From NCBI GenBank assembly GCA_942492955.1, contig OW818644.1, positions 2,436,855-2,500,854 of the forward strand: a stretch of 64,000 nt of DNA, read 5' to 3'. The stretch comes from an uncultured Methanomassiliicoccales archaeon (GTDB lineage Archaea > Thermoplasmatota > Thermoplasmata > Methanomassiliicoccales > UBA472). A program made the translations under genes and the position numbers. Below are positions 37,301 through 47,086 of the stretch, in pieces (within the stretch, counting starts at the first letter, position 1; every line of letters begins with the position of its first letter). Below the pieces are notes generated by a model. The model worked only from the letters and a program-made list of their open reading frames with translations. It did not search any database and was not told the origin of the DNA.

Positions 37301-37622
37301 CGAATTCGATACAATATTCTATCCTGTCTCACTTGCCTGCCCGAGAGTGCATCATAGCCAGATGGCCATGGTGGACTATGCTGAAATGATACAAGGGCTG
37401 AAGTCCATCGCCCCTTCAACAATGTGCCTTCAAGCAAGTATTCGGAAGCGTTCTTGAGATTCTCCCGGGAAGATTTCATCAGTTATGCGGAGTCTACAAG
37501 TCGCAGTCTCCAGAACATCGATATCATGGCCTTATCACCTGCTCACTCCGTTTAAGGGCGCTCATTGGCAAGTATGGCAACCACTTCAGTCACCGGAACA
37601 ATCTGTAAATAAACCAGAAACG

Positions 37623-38888
37623 ATGGCCGAAGGTCGAAATCCCGATTCAGGAAGGAATGGCAGAGGCGATCCGGTGAAGAAGTTCATGTTCAAAGGCTAT
37701 GACCACCGAGTGTGGGTCTTGTTCACCTCCCGCCTGATCGACGGGATCGGGTTCAGCATCGTCGGGCCGTTCCTGGCATTATTCATGTATCAAGGCCTGG
37801 GCGTGCCGATGGTGGTGGTCGGACTGGTGCTGCTAATCTCCGGGATCGCAGGGGCGGTGGGCAGCCTGGTCGGAGGGCTCATGGCGGACCGTTATGGTCG
37901 GCTGGGGGTCATGACCTATTCGATGATGCTCAGATGCGTCACGTTCCTAATGCTTGCGGCGCTGGTGGCATACTGGCCAGACATAGTGGCGGTGGCCGTT
38001 GTCCTATCATTGAGCATGTTCTTCGGCGGAGTGTTCGACCCTGCCAACAACGCCATGGTGGCGGACGTCGTGGAACCGGCCAGGCGCCTTGAGGCCTACG
38101 GGCTGTTGCGAGTGGCGTGGAACCTTGGTTTCGCGTTCGGCCCGATGATCGGCGGTATACTGCTGGTGTTCTCCTACTCCGTCACGTTCCTGGTCTCGGC
38201 GCTGATATCCCTGGTTGCGGGGCTGATCGTCGCCTTCATGCTGACAGAATCGTATCATCCTGGACCGGCAAAAGAAAAGGTCACGTTGATCAAGGAGCTG
38301 CGCAACGTAAAGCTCCTGTTCTTGGCATTCTGCTTCATCTGCATCCCGATGTTCCTGATGTCCGGGCAGTTCGGGACAACGTATACGGTATTTGCCAACG
38401 AACGGGTCCATATCGACACGCTGACGATCGGTCTGGTCTTTGGGCTCAATGGGGTTATGGTGGTGGCGCTGCAGATGCCGTTGGCCAGGGCTCTTGAAAA
38501 GAGGGACAAATACCTGGCCATGACGGCAGGCACAGCACTGTACGCAGTGGGTTACTTCTTCGTCGCCGGGGTCTGGGACGGGATCACACTGGCGATGACG
38601 ATGGTCGTGATCACGATCGGGGAGATGATCGTTGTGCCGGTCTCAACCGATCTGACGGTCAGCATGTCCAGTGAGACCGAACGCGGCAAGTACCTGGGAA
38701 TATTCGGCCTGATCGGTTCGTTCGGCTGGTTCGGCTCTACTTTGGTCGGCGGTCTCCTGTACGACAACCTGACCAATGCCTGGCTATTCTGGGGCTCGAT
38801 ATCGGCGATGGGCATGGTGACGGTCATTGCCATGGTGGTCTTGTGGGCCAGGGTTAGGTCGGGAAAGAATGTGGATGTTAAGGTCTAG
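37623..38888 (+). CDS. MFS transporter
   Basis: About 12 TMs, the MFS loop motif GGLMADRYGR (GxxxDRxGRR-like), and an internal Met start (MAEGRN) in ORF 37485..38888. Confidence 0.8.
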   Translation: MAEGRNPDSGRNGRGDPVKKFMFKGYDHRVWVLFTSRLIDGIGFSIVGPFLALFMYQGLGVPMVVVGLVLLISGIAGAVGSLVGGLMADRYGRLGVMTYSMMLRCVTFLMLAALVAYWPDIVAVAVVLSLSMFFGGVFDPANNAMVADVVEPARRLEAYGLLRVAWNLGFAFGPMIGGILLVFSYSVTFLVSALISLVAGLIVAFMLTESYHPGPAKEKVTLIKELRNVKLLFLAFCFICIPMFLMSGQFGTTYTVFANERVHIDTLTIGLVFGLNGVMVVALQMPLARALEKRDKYLAMTAGTALYAVGYFFVAGVWDGITLAMTMVVITIGEMIVVPVSTDLTVSMSSETERGKYLGIFGLIGSFGWFGSTLVGGLLYDNLTNAWLFWGSISAMGMVTVIAMVVLWARVRSGKNVDVKV

Positions 38889-39241
38889 CTCTTGTAAGGA
38901 TCTATCCTCTGATTGTTGACATTGAACTCTGGCATACTAGAATACCCGTTTCTATGGAAGGGTTTGGCGGCTTAGCATCGTTGGCATTCTGATTTGTAAA
39001 TACAAATAATTGCAATTCCGAAGTCAAGGCCTAGCATTCTGAGCTTATTAGAATCTCGAAGATAGTATACCCAGCACTCTAGGATCATCAGAATATTAAG
39101 TTCCGTTCAATATAAGTGTATAATATAAATTAATATTAATAATAATATTTTATCTAGATAGTATTATTATGGTATTTGCACTTTTTAACTGAGGTTCCGA
39201 GCAATCTGAACCTTCGACGAATTAGAAACGTGGTGAGGAAG

Positions 39242-40345
39242 ATGTTCAATCGAAAAATGTACGTCCTGTTAGTGGTAACTATTGGAATGATTATGATGAC
39301 ACTATCCGTCATCCCTGATACAGTAAGGGCTGATTGGAGGCCGACGGCTTCTTTAGCAGGGGGTGTTTCGACTGCCTATCCTCAGGAAATTGCTACATTC
39401 TCGTATGTCCTGTCGATTGGTACGATAGATGGTGTAAGTTCCGCTGAGATCACATCTGTAGTCATTAAGATGGACTGGGAGTCATCCGGTACAAATGTAT
39501 GTGCATCTACTGTAGTAATGACCATCCCGGGAACTCATACATTCACCAGGAATGTCAATATCCCTTCATCTGTCACACTTGGGACTCACACGGTAACGGT
39601 CAAAATCACCGGACAGGCTAATGGTGATTGGTGGACGTCTGATCAAACCTGGACTGACAGTTTCAGCGTGGAAGAAAGAGCAGATCTAATATCAAGCATT
39701 GTTGCGAATCCAAGCACCGGGGCTGCTCCAGTTAGCATTTCTTTCGATGCAACTGTTTCAGGAGGTACGCCAGACTATACTTATAGTTGGAATTTTGGTG
39801 ATGGATCATCAAGCAGCGTAAAAAATCCGACCCATACCTATGCAATACCAGGAACATTCACAGTAACATTGACTGTCGTGGATGATTTATCAAGAACCGC
39901 CACCACGACGATTTCAATTCCGGTCACTGCACCGCTTCAGGTGATAGGATCAGCGGACTATAATACTGGAAATGCGCCCTTAACCATTCACTTCACAAGC
40001 AGTGTCTCCGGTGGAACTCCATCATACAGTTATTATTGGAATTTCGGAGACGGGACAAATAGTGTTGAGGCAAGTCCGTCCCACATATATTCGTCAGCTG
40101 GCACCTATCAAACAACGTTGACTGTTACGGACGCAAAAAGTGTCCAAAAGACCTATTCTACCTCTATCACGGTGAAGGTAAGTACAAATCCATTCGATAC
40201 TGGCACCGCAAGTGGAGGGGGTTTCCTAGGACTAGGTAATATGGCTGCTATCATCATGATTATCATCGCGATAGCAATAGTTGCTGCGGTAGTAATGGTA
40301 ATAATGATGCGGAAAAAGGGGAACAATCAACCGCCAGCACAATAA
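39242..40345 (+). CDS. Secreted, C-terminally anchored protein with two PKD domains
   Basis: Signal peptide MFNRKMYVLLVVTIGMIMMTLSVIPDTVRA. Two PKD repeats (~39690-40180), each with the WNFGDG core (YSWNFGDGSSSSVKNPTHTY / YYWNFGDGTNSVEASPSHIY). C-terminal TM plus MRKKG. The gene is visibly more AT-rich than its neighbours. Confidence 0.8.
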   Translation: MFNRKMYVLLVVTIGMIMMTLSVIPDTVRADWRPTASLAGGVSTAYPQEIATFSYVLSIGTIDGVSSAEITSVVIKMDWESSGTNVCASTVVMTIPGTHTFTRNVNIPSSVTLGTHTVTVKITGQANGDWWTSDQTWTDSFSVEERADLISSIVANPSTGAAPVSISFDATVSGGTPDYTYSWNFGDGSSSSVKNPTHTYAIPGTFTVTLTVVDDLSRTATTTISIPVTAPLQVIGSADYNTGNAPLTIHFTSSVSGGTPSYSYYWNFGDGTNSVEASPSHIYSSAGTYQTTLTVTDAKSVQKTYSTSITVKVSTNPFDTGTASGGGFLGLGNMAAIIMIIIAIAIVAAVVMVIMMRKKGNNQPPAQ

Positions 40346-40565
40346 CCAGTTCGATATCTCAAACCTTTTCTTACTCTTTTATTGAAATATTGTCTGATTC
40401 CTGCCATGTTCCTTGTTTGCAGGTTAACCATCTCAAAAAGAATGAGACTAACAAAATATGTCGGTGCTTGAAGCAACCTTGTCTATCATTGATATCATCC
40501 CTGATATCCATCAATCGATGGTTAAATAATAAATTCGGGGTTTTCCGGTCATAAAGGTGCTGTAC

Positions 40566-43500
40566 ATGTCATTGCGGAGGATTGCTCTAGGAACGGTCTT
40601 TGGAATGTTGTTCGTCGTCGCTTTCTTGATGATGACCGGAAATGCCTCAGCGGCGACCGCCCCTGTCACTATCGAAGGCAATCCGGGCATGTCTGACTAT
40701 GCAATCGCTCATTCGCTAACAGGCGATGGCAGTTTCGGGAATCCATACATCATCGATGGATTGGTCATTGACGCCCACGATGCCGACAATGGAATTGTCA
40801 TCAAGAACGTGGACGTTTACGTGATCGTTCGGAACTGCGTCATCAACAACACCCACAACTTCAACTTCAATATCGGATCCGGTGACGGGATATTCATCTC
40901 GTCCTCCAGTCACATCACTCTCAGCAACAACCATGTCAACGATACATACAACGGGATCACAATTTCCAGTTCACAGAGCATTGTAGTCTCCGGCAATACC
41001 GTTCACAATGTCACTATGGCAGGAATCAAGATCGCAGGCAGCTCGGATGTGCAGGTCACCGAGAACTTCTGCGCCGATTCACCCTCTGGCATAATTTCAA
41101 TCCAATCGACCCATGACAGCAAGTTCGACAACAACACCTGTCTTCGCGGCACCTACGGTTTCAACTTTGCTGGAAGCTACCAGAACATCCTGAGCGACAA
41201 CTACGCTTCAGACAATGTTTACGGGATCTATATCGAGGTCGGTTCATTCAGCAACAAGATCGACCTGAACAACTGCAGTTCGAATTCATATGCGGGCATA
41301 TTCGTCAAGGATGACAACAATCTCATCGCCGGCAACAAGGCATATTCTAACCTAGACAGCGGCATCCAGGTCAACGCCGCCGACAACTGCATCGTAAAGG
41401 ATAACATCTGTATCAGCAACCCCAATGGCATCTACGCGACAGGGGTTAACCATGTCACGCTGAACAACAACAACTGTTCAGGGAGCTCATCCTATGGGTT
41501 CTATGCGAACTACTGTCAGAACATCACCACCAACGACAATGTCATGTTCTTTAACTCCGTGGCGGGGATCTATCTCACTTCGTGCAAGGCCTCATACCTC
41601 TGGAACGACGTGATAGGCCAGGGCGGACAGACCGGTGTACGGATCAGCCTGTCCTCCTGGATCTATACCACTGCCCAAAGCTCATACAATGTTGCGAACG
41701 GGTTCAGCGTCGTCGACAGCGACAACTGCACGTTGGCCTCAGTGAACGCATCTCACAACGCGAACGGTGTCTCCTTTGAGAATTGCCACCTCTGCCGCGT
41801 TATCGACAGCAGCATCATGGCCAACACGGCGATTGGCATTCTGACCTTGAACTCGGACAACACCAGCATACTGAGGGTCCGCGCCTTCCTGAACTATGAA
41901 GGCTTGGATCTGTCCTATTCCGACCATGAGACCGTTTCTGACTGCCACCTCCTTGGCAATACGATCGGCATCTGGCTGATCGATGCCACCTGGGCCCAGA
42001 TAAACTACAACGAGATCAAGGACGGTGTCGGATCCGGTATGTTGTTGACCGGGCCTAGTGGATCGGACAACTGCATCATCATGGGGAACACAATATCCGG
42101 GTACCCGATGTATGGGATACAGATCCTATCATCGGAGCACACCACACTGGTATCGAACACGATAACGGAAAACAACGTCGGTGTTAGGCTAAACAGCGTC
42201 TCCAACATAAGCATAACCTCGAATTTGCTCTCCAGCAATACCAACGGATTGGTCCTCCAGTCTTCGAACGATTGTACGGTATCGTCCAATCTCTTCTCCG
42301 GCAATCTCGCCATAGGCATTTCCGCCCAGACGTGTTCAGACGGCATCCTGGTGGCGAATGTGTTCCACAATGGCCTCAAGGATATCGATTTGGTCTCATG
42401 CACCAATTTCCTCATTGATGGGAACCAGTGCGATGCCACTCAATGGGGGATCCGTTTACTGGACTGCGCCGGCATCACGATACGCAATGGCAACTGCACT
42501 GATTCCACCGGCAGCGGTGGGGCTTTCGGGATTTATGTCCAAGGAGGGGCCGGCAATATCATCCAGAACATGAACCTGACCGAATGTCTGATGGGATTGG
42601 TGCTTCAGAACACCGCATCCGACGTGGTCACCAACAACATATTCTACAGGAACATGGACACAGGCCTGACAATGTACAGCTGTACGAACGTCGTACTGCA
42701 TCACAACCTCTTCCTCTTCAACCATGGATCGACCAGCATTTATTCAGATGCATCGAACCAAGCCTACGATGACAATACGGGCATGAATCACTGGAACACC
42801 TCCGGTCCGGACGGCATCGGCAATTTCTGGTCGGACTGGTGCTATCCAGACCTCGACCGCGATGGGATCGTTGACGACCCATTGTCCATCCTCGGAGGCG
42901 GTGTTGATTACTTTCCGATCGCCGACACTGGCGCGCCTGAAGTGACCATAACCAGCCCGGGGAGCGACGGCATAGGGTTCAACACTGTCACAGTCATGTT
43001 CAGCTGGAGCGCGACGGACGATTGGTCCGGGATCCACCACTTCGAGCTCAGCATGGACAACGGTACTTGGAACAACATCGGTATCGGCAACTTCTATAGT
43101 TACGAAGACCTGATGGATGGAGAGCATTTCTTCAAGGTCAAGGCAGTGGACAAAGCAGGCAACGAGAACAACGCGAGCCGTTCGTTCTACGTCGATGTCT
43201 ACCCGCCCGTGGCTGAGATCACCTCTCCGGGAAACAACACGGTCATCAATGACGGCACCCCGACCATCGAGTGGACCGGCCAGGATGCCGGGACCGGGAT
43301 AGTCACATATATGGTCGGCTGGGACTCCGAGCCATACATAACGGTGGGGACCAATGGCTCGTTCACCTTCACCGCTCCCCTGGCGGATGGTTCCCATATC
43401 TTCTACCTGAGGGCATCGGACGGATCTGACCATATCCGAGTGTACTTCATCGAGTTCTATATCGATACCGCATTCCCCACACTGGACTCGATCTCCCCAT

Positions 43501-45188
43501 CAAACGGGACCTCAGTGGTCGTGAAGGATGTGCCCGTTACCTGGTACGCCTTCGATATGGCGAGCAGCCCCTCCGGTCTGGACCGGACGGAGGTCAGGCT
43601 CGACGCGGGAGTTTGGGTGAACAAGGGCCTGGGCTCCATGCACACGTTCCTCAATGTCACAGAAGGCTACCACACGATCTATCTCAAGACCTTCGACAAG
43701 GCTGGGAACTTAGTGGAGAAGAACGTGTCGATCATGGTCGACTATTTGGTGCCGATGGTCTCGATCACGTCGCCATCGAACCATTCGCTGTATTCGGTCA
43801 CCGGGGTGTCGATAACCTGGACCGGCTCAGACCAGGGGTCTGGAATCGACCACTATGAGGTAGGCATCGATAGTGCCCCAATGACCAGCGTTGGAACCGC
43901 TACCAGCTGGACGGCCAATTTCATGGGGGACGGCAGCCACTACATCAACGTGATGGCCGTCGACAGATCTGGAAAGGTCAGAATAGTCCACATCATCATC
44001 GTCATCGATACCCTCGCTCCGATGCTGAGCATATCCTCCCCGACCGAGGGAGGGTTCTATTCCGCACCCCAGGTCAACGTCACCTGGACAAGCATGGAAT
44101 TCGGAAGCGGGGTAGCTTCCTATGGCGTCAGGGTCGACGGCGGCATCTGGCAGTCGAGGGGGACCGCCACATATGCGCTGTTGCAGATGACCGAGGGCGC
44201 GCACACGGTCTACGTCAGAGTGACCGACCTGGCGGGCAACAGCAGGACCTCCGATGTGGGCTTCACGCTGGACCTCAACCCCCCCGTGATCCATTCCATG
44301 TCGCCATCCGATGGAGCGGTCGTGAACACCACGACCGTTGTCTTCGAATGGGATGTCAGCGATGCCATCGGAATCACATCGATAATGTACAGCATCGACT
44401 CCGAAACAGAACATGGCCTGATGGCGTCTACCACATCCCAGTCGGTGATCCTCTCGAACGGTGTCCATTCGTTCAAGTTGACCGTTCGTGACAGGGACGG
44501 CCGAGAGGCGGTCGGCTACGTCAACCTCACCGTTGACGCGGTGAAACCGACGATCGTAGCCCATACACCTGCCAACGCGAATGCCGGGGTCACCGACCTG
44601 ATCTCGTTCAGGTTCTCTGAGATCGTGAACGTGACCGGATTGTCCATCAAGGTGAACGGACAGGACGCTGGCTATGTCCTGAACGGTACGACCTATGAGG
44701 TCAGCAAGATCCTGGTGGCAGGAACAACCTATGCGGTGCAAGTGACCGGAGCGAAGGACCTCGTCGGAAATGTCATGGAAATGTACTCCTGGTCATTCAA
44801 CGTCATTTCGGGTGAACAACTGCCTGGACAAGTGGTGGTCAGCGGAACAACGGTCGATAAGAACGGTCTGTCGATCTCTGGAGCAGCCGTCGCGATCGGC
44901 GGCAAGACCACGACCACCAATGGACAAGGACAGTTCAGTTTGTATGTTGACCCAGGCCAGCATGAGCTGCGCATTACCGCCAATGGCATGAACGACCTGA
45001 TCCAGAGCGTCAACGTCACATCCAACCAGCAGTTGGGAGAGATCCTCATGACCGAGATCCCGGACAACACTGGCCAACCAGGAACAACCTCGTTCGGCGG
45101 AGACATGACCCTGTTGATGGTGATTGGCGTTCTGGCCGCCACCGTGGCGGTTGTCGCCGTGGTCGTCATGCGGAAGCGCAAGGGCTGA
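40566..45188 (+). CDS. Giant surface protein: signal peptide + parallel beta-helix (PbH1/NosD-like) repeats + ~7 Ig-like repeats + CarboxypepD_reg-like domain + C-terminal TM anchor
   Basis: Signal peptide MSLRRIALGTVFGMLFVVAFLMMTGNASA. There are dozens of ~22-aa N/G/I-rich beta-helix turns (e.g. NNHVNDTYNGITISSSQSIVVSGNTVHN). The NosD-like end is NFWSDW..DLDRDGIVDDP. Repeated ~95-aa units begin (I/V)TSP. The tail is GGDMTLLMVIGVLAATVAVVAVVVMRKRKG-stop. Confidence 0.8.
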   Translation: MSLRRIALGTVFGMLFVVAFLMMTGNASAATAPVTIEGNPGMSDYAIAHSLTGDGSFGNPYIIDGLVIDAHDADNGIVIKNVDVYVIVRNCVINNTHNFNFNIGSGDGIFISSSSHITLSNNHVNDTYNGITISSSQSIVVSGNTVHNVTMAGIKIAGSSDVQVTENFCADSPSGIISIQSTHDSKFDNNTCLRGTYGFNFAGSYQNILSDNYASDNVYGIYIEVGSFSNKIDLNNCSSNSYAGIFVKDDNNLIAGNKAYSNLDSGIQVNAADNCIVKDNICISNPNGIYATGVNHVTLNNNNCSGSSSYGFYANYCQNITTNDNVMFFNSVAGIYLTSCKASYLWNDVIGQGGQTGVRISLSSWIYTTAQSSYNVANGFSVVDSDNCTLASVNASHNANGVSFENCHLCRVIDSSIMANTAIGILTLNSDNTSILRVRAFLNYEGLDLSYSDHETVSDCHLLGNTIGIWLIDATWAQINYNEIKDGVGSGMLLTGPSGSDNCIIMGNTISGYPMYGIQILSSEHTTLVSNTITENNVGVRLNSVSNISITSNLLSSNTNGLVLQSSNDCTVSSNLFSGNLAIGISAQTCSDGILVANVFHNGLKDIDLVSCTNFLIDGNQCDATQWGIRLLDCAGITIRNGNCTDSTGSGGAFGIYVQGGAGNIIQNMNLTECLMGLVLQNTASDVVTNNIFYRNMDTGLTMYSCTNVVLHHNLFLFNHGSTSIYSDASNQAYDDNTGMNHWNTSGPDGIGNFWSDWCYPDLDRDGIVDDPLSILGGGVDYFPIADTGAPEVTITSPGSDGIGFNTVTVMFSWSATDDWSGIHHFELSMDNGTWNNIGIGNFYSYEDLMDGEHFFKVKAVDKAGNENNASRSFYVDVYPPVAEITSPGNNTVINDGTPTIEWTGQDAGTGIVTYMVGWDSEPYITVGTNGSFTFTAPLADGSHIFYLRASDGSDHIRVYFIEFYIDTAFPTLDSISPSNGTSVVVKDVPVTWYAFDMASSPSGLDRTEVRLDAGVWVNKGLGSMHTFLNVTEGYHTIYLKTFDKAGNLVEKNVSIMVDYLVPMVSITSPSNHSLYSVTGVSITWTGSDQGSGIDHYEVGIDSAPMTSVGTATSWTANFMGDGSHYINVMAVDRSGKVRIVHIIIVIDTLAPMLSISSPTEGGFYSAPQVNVTWTSMEFGSGVASYGVRVDGGIWQSRGTATYALLQMTEGAHTVYVRVTDLAGNSRTSDVGFTLDLNPPVIHSMSPSDGAVVNTTTVVFEWDVSDAIGITSIMYSIDSETEHGLMASTTSQSVILSNGVHSFKLTVRDRDGREAVGYVNLTVDAVKPTIVAHTPANANAGVTDLISFRFSEIVNVTGLSIKVNGQDAGYVLNGTTYEVSKILVAGTTYAVQVTGAKDLVGNVMEMYSWSFNVISGEQLPGQVVVSGTTVDKNGLSISGAAVAIGGKTTTTNGQGQFSLYVDPGQHELRITANGMNDLIQSVNVTSNQQLGEILMTEIPDNTGQPGTTSFGGDMTLLMVIGVLAATVAVVAVVVMRKRKG
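42931..44806 (+). repeat. Protein-level tandem array of ~7 divergent Ig-like (~95 aa) modules inside the beta-helix protein
   Basis: The recurrent pattern P..(I/S)(T/S)SP.......V.(I/V).W...D..SG(I/V)..Y.V..D........G......(L/F)..G.H...(V/L)...D.AGN was read from the translation. Confidence 0.6.
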
Positions 45189-45453
45189 GATCGCCCAATA
45201 AACCCCTTTTATCATTTATCAGACCAAACATACGCATCATCGGCTCTAAAGACAGGGTCAGTTACAGGATACCTTACTTAGGAATCGACATCAAGAAAAA
45301 GACAGTGGTCTCGGTCACTGAGCTCATAAAAGAGCGAATGGAAGAGAACGAGGGGCGGGCGTACAGATGACCCTTTTTATCGACCATAATCTAATATCCA
45401 GTATGCAAATCAGCTCAAAACCTATATATCCGCCAGAAAGGGTCTAGCCGTTT

Positions 45454-46257
45454 GTGACCGCAAGTTTCCGATGCGTCAAATGTGACAAGTCGTTCACGGC
45501 TGCCCGGGTCGTTGGAATAGTCCTCGGAGTCCCGGCTATCTTGCTCTTTGCGGTCTTCTTGATCAACATCTATGGCGATCTCACCGGCGAATTCTCCGGA
45601 TTGCTATTCAATTCATTTGAAGTAACCTTTTTCGTCTCATTTTTTGGGTTCATAATGCTGGCCGTCATGCGAGCGGCCATCAGGGCGAACATGGTCACCA
45701 AACATGGATCATCCTCGACGACAATGGTCTGCCCTGAATGTAAGAAGAAGGATGCCGATCTGGCCGAGTACAACGCTTACAACCACCGACTGGCCGCCGA
45801 TGCCAAGGCTGTGGAATGGGCTGCCAAGGTCGAAACCATCGAGAAGAGCGACCCATGGATGGGCAAACTGATCACCTCGTGGAGGGCGGCAAACCCGGGG
45901 AAGGTGCCAAATGAGGTCCTGGTCCAGGAACTCCAGTCGGCTAGGAACCTGGAAAAGGCGGGTAACTTCGAGGGGTCGGCCATCATCCTGGAAAAGTACC
46001 ACTTCTGGGAGGAGGCGGGGCGGGTAAGAAGGCTGGACGATGAGAAGGTCATCAAACACATCACGGTCGACATGAACCAGCTCATCGATCAGATAAGCAC
46101 GAGAGGTCTCGCCATCCCCTACAAGTGCCATTCCTGCGGCGCATCGATCACCATCGACGGTGCCTCAAAGAAAGAGGGGTTGAAGTTCTGCTCATATTGC
46201 GGAACGACGTACAATACCGAGGATATGACTAGAATTATCCAGCTTGCCTTGGTTTGA
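45454..46257 (+). CDS. Membrane-hairpin protein with split N-terminal CxxC pairs and a C-terminal zinc ribbon; unknown function
   Basis: CVKC, then two TMs, then CPEC, then a ~130-aa soluble helical region, then CHSC...x17...CSYC. GTG start. The 3' end overlaps the convergent wHTH gene by 23 bp. Confidence 0.55.
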   Translation: MTASFRCVKCDKSFTAARVVGIVLGVPAILLFAVFLINIYGDLTGEFSGLLFNSFEVTFFVSFFGFIMLAVMRAAIRANMVTKHGSSSTTMVCPECKKKDADLAEYNAYNHRLAADAKAVEWAAKVETIEKSDPWMGKLITSWRAANPGKVPNEVLVQELQSARNLEKAGNFEGSAIILEKYHFWEEAGRVRRLDDEKVIKHITVDMNQLIDQISTRGLAIPYKCHSCGASITIDGASKKEGLKFCSYCGTTYNTEDMTRIIQLALV

Positions 46258-46636
46258 TCTTTCTCTTCGCTTTCAGAGCCTTTTCCCTTCGGTGCAATAG
46301 GGCAATATCATTGAAGCGTTCGGCCTTGAGCGCTATGGACTTCTCGCATTCGACATTTGAGGTCCCGATCAGTTTTGCCCTCAGCATCCCCAGCGGGGTC
46401 AGGGAATAGGCCATGCAAGGTCCGCGCTTCGTCTCCACATAGCGCTTCTCAAAGATCACCAGGCCTGAATAGATAAGATTCTTCACTCCTCGGGAAACGC
46501 TCAAGATCGACAGATCCTCTGTCTTGCCGATGCCCTCGCGGCACACAGCAAAAGGCAGACGGCGGTCTTCCAGATGCGTGCGGTTTCGGTAAAGGTGGAT
46601 TAGGATGATGTCTTCGCTGGTCATATTGGACTTCAT
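46235..46636 (-). CDS. Winged-helix-type putative transcriptional regulator
   Basis: 133 aa. The HTH-like core ILSVSRGVKNLIYSGLVIFEKRYVETKRGPCMAYSLTPLG (recognition helix plus wing) is followed by a basic C-terminal tail. Confidence 0.5.
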   Translation of the reverse strand: MKSNMTSEDIILIHLYRNRTHLEDRRLPFAVCREGIGKTEDLSILSVSRGVKNLIYSGLVIFEKRYVETKRGPCMAYSLTPLGMLRAKLIGTSNVECEKSIALKAERFNDIALLHRREKALKAKRKIKPRQAG

Positions 46637-47086
46637 TATTGCTCCGTATGAATCATCAACGTCCTTTCATGGATGCGATTTCCAAAGACTGTTCGGACAG
46701 CCTAGGAACTAGGAACCGAGGTCTCCATCGGTCGTTCATTCAATATAATCCCTCCAGAAATCGCAAAAGAAACAGACGTTCCCTCGGACCGTTGAACGTT
46801 CTGGATCCAATTCACGCGAGGACCGATGTATCCGCTGATACCAATCTACGCGGAGCGGGCTATTAGTACTGTTGCATGGTCGTTTTTCCAATTCCATTCT
46901 GTTTCATTCGATGAATCTGGATCAGCCTGGCCTCCCAGTATATTCCCTATCGGGCACGTTCTGCCCCCTAACAAAGAAACTGATCATGGCGAGAATGGCG
47001 TTCGAGGGGAGGAAAACAACGGTCATCACTTGGGCCGGAATGATGACGGGCGCCTCATCTGATCGTTCAACGTTCCCGATCCCTGA

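Noticed and set aside
37225-37479. 84-aa minus-strand ORF between the small Lys-rich ORF and the MFS gene
   Set aside because: It overlaps the 3' end and terminator hairpin of the + strand ORF and shows no motif or start signal, so it is probably spurious.
42744-44741. Minus-strand ORFs 42744-43433 and 43827-44741 inside the beta-helix/Ig-repeat gene
   Set aside because: They are antisense artefacts of a long GC-rich ORF, with no signal, motif or independent start context.
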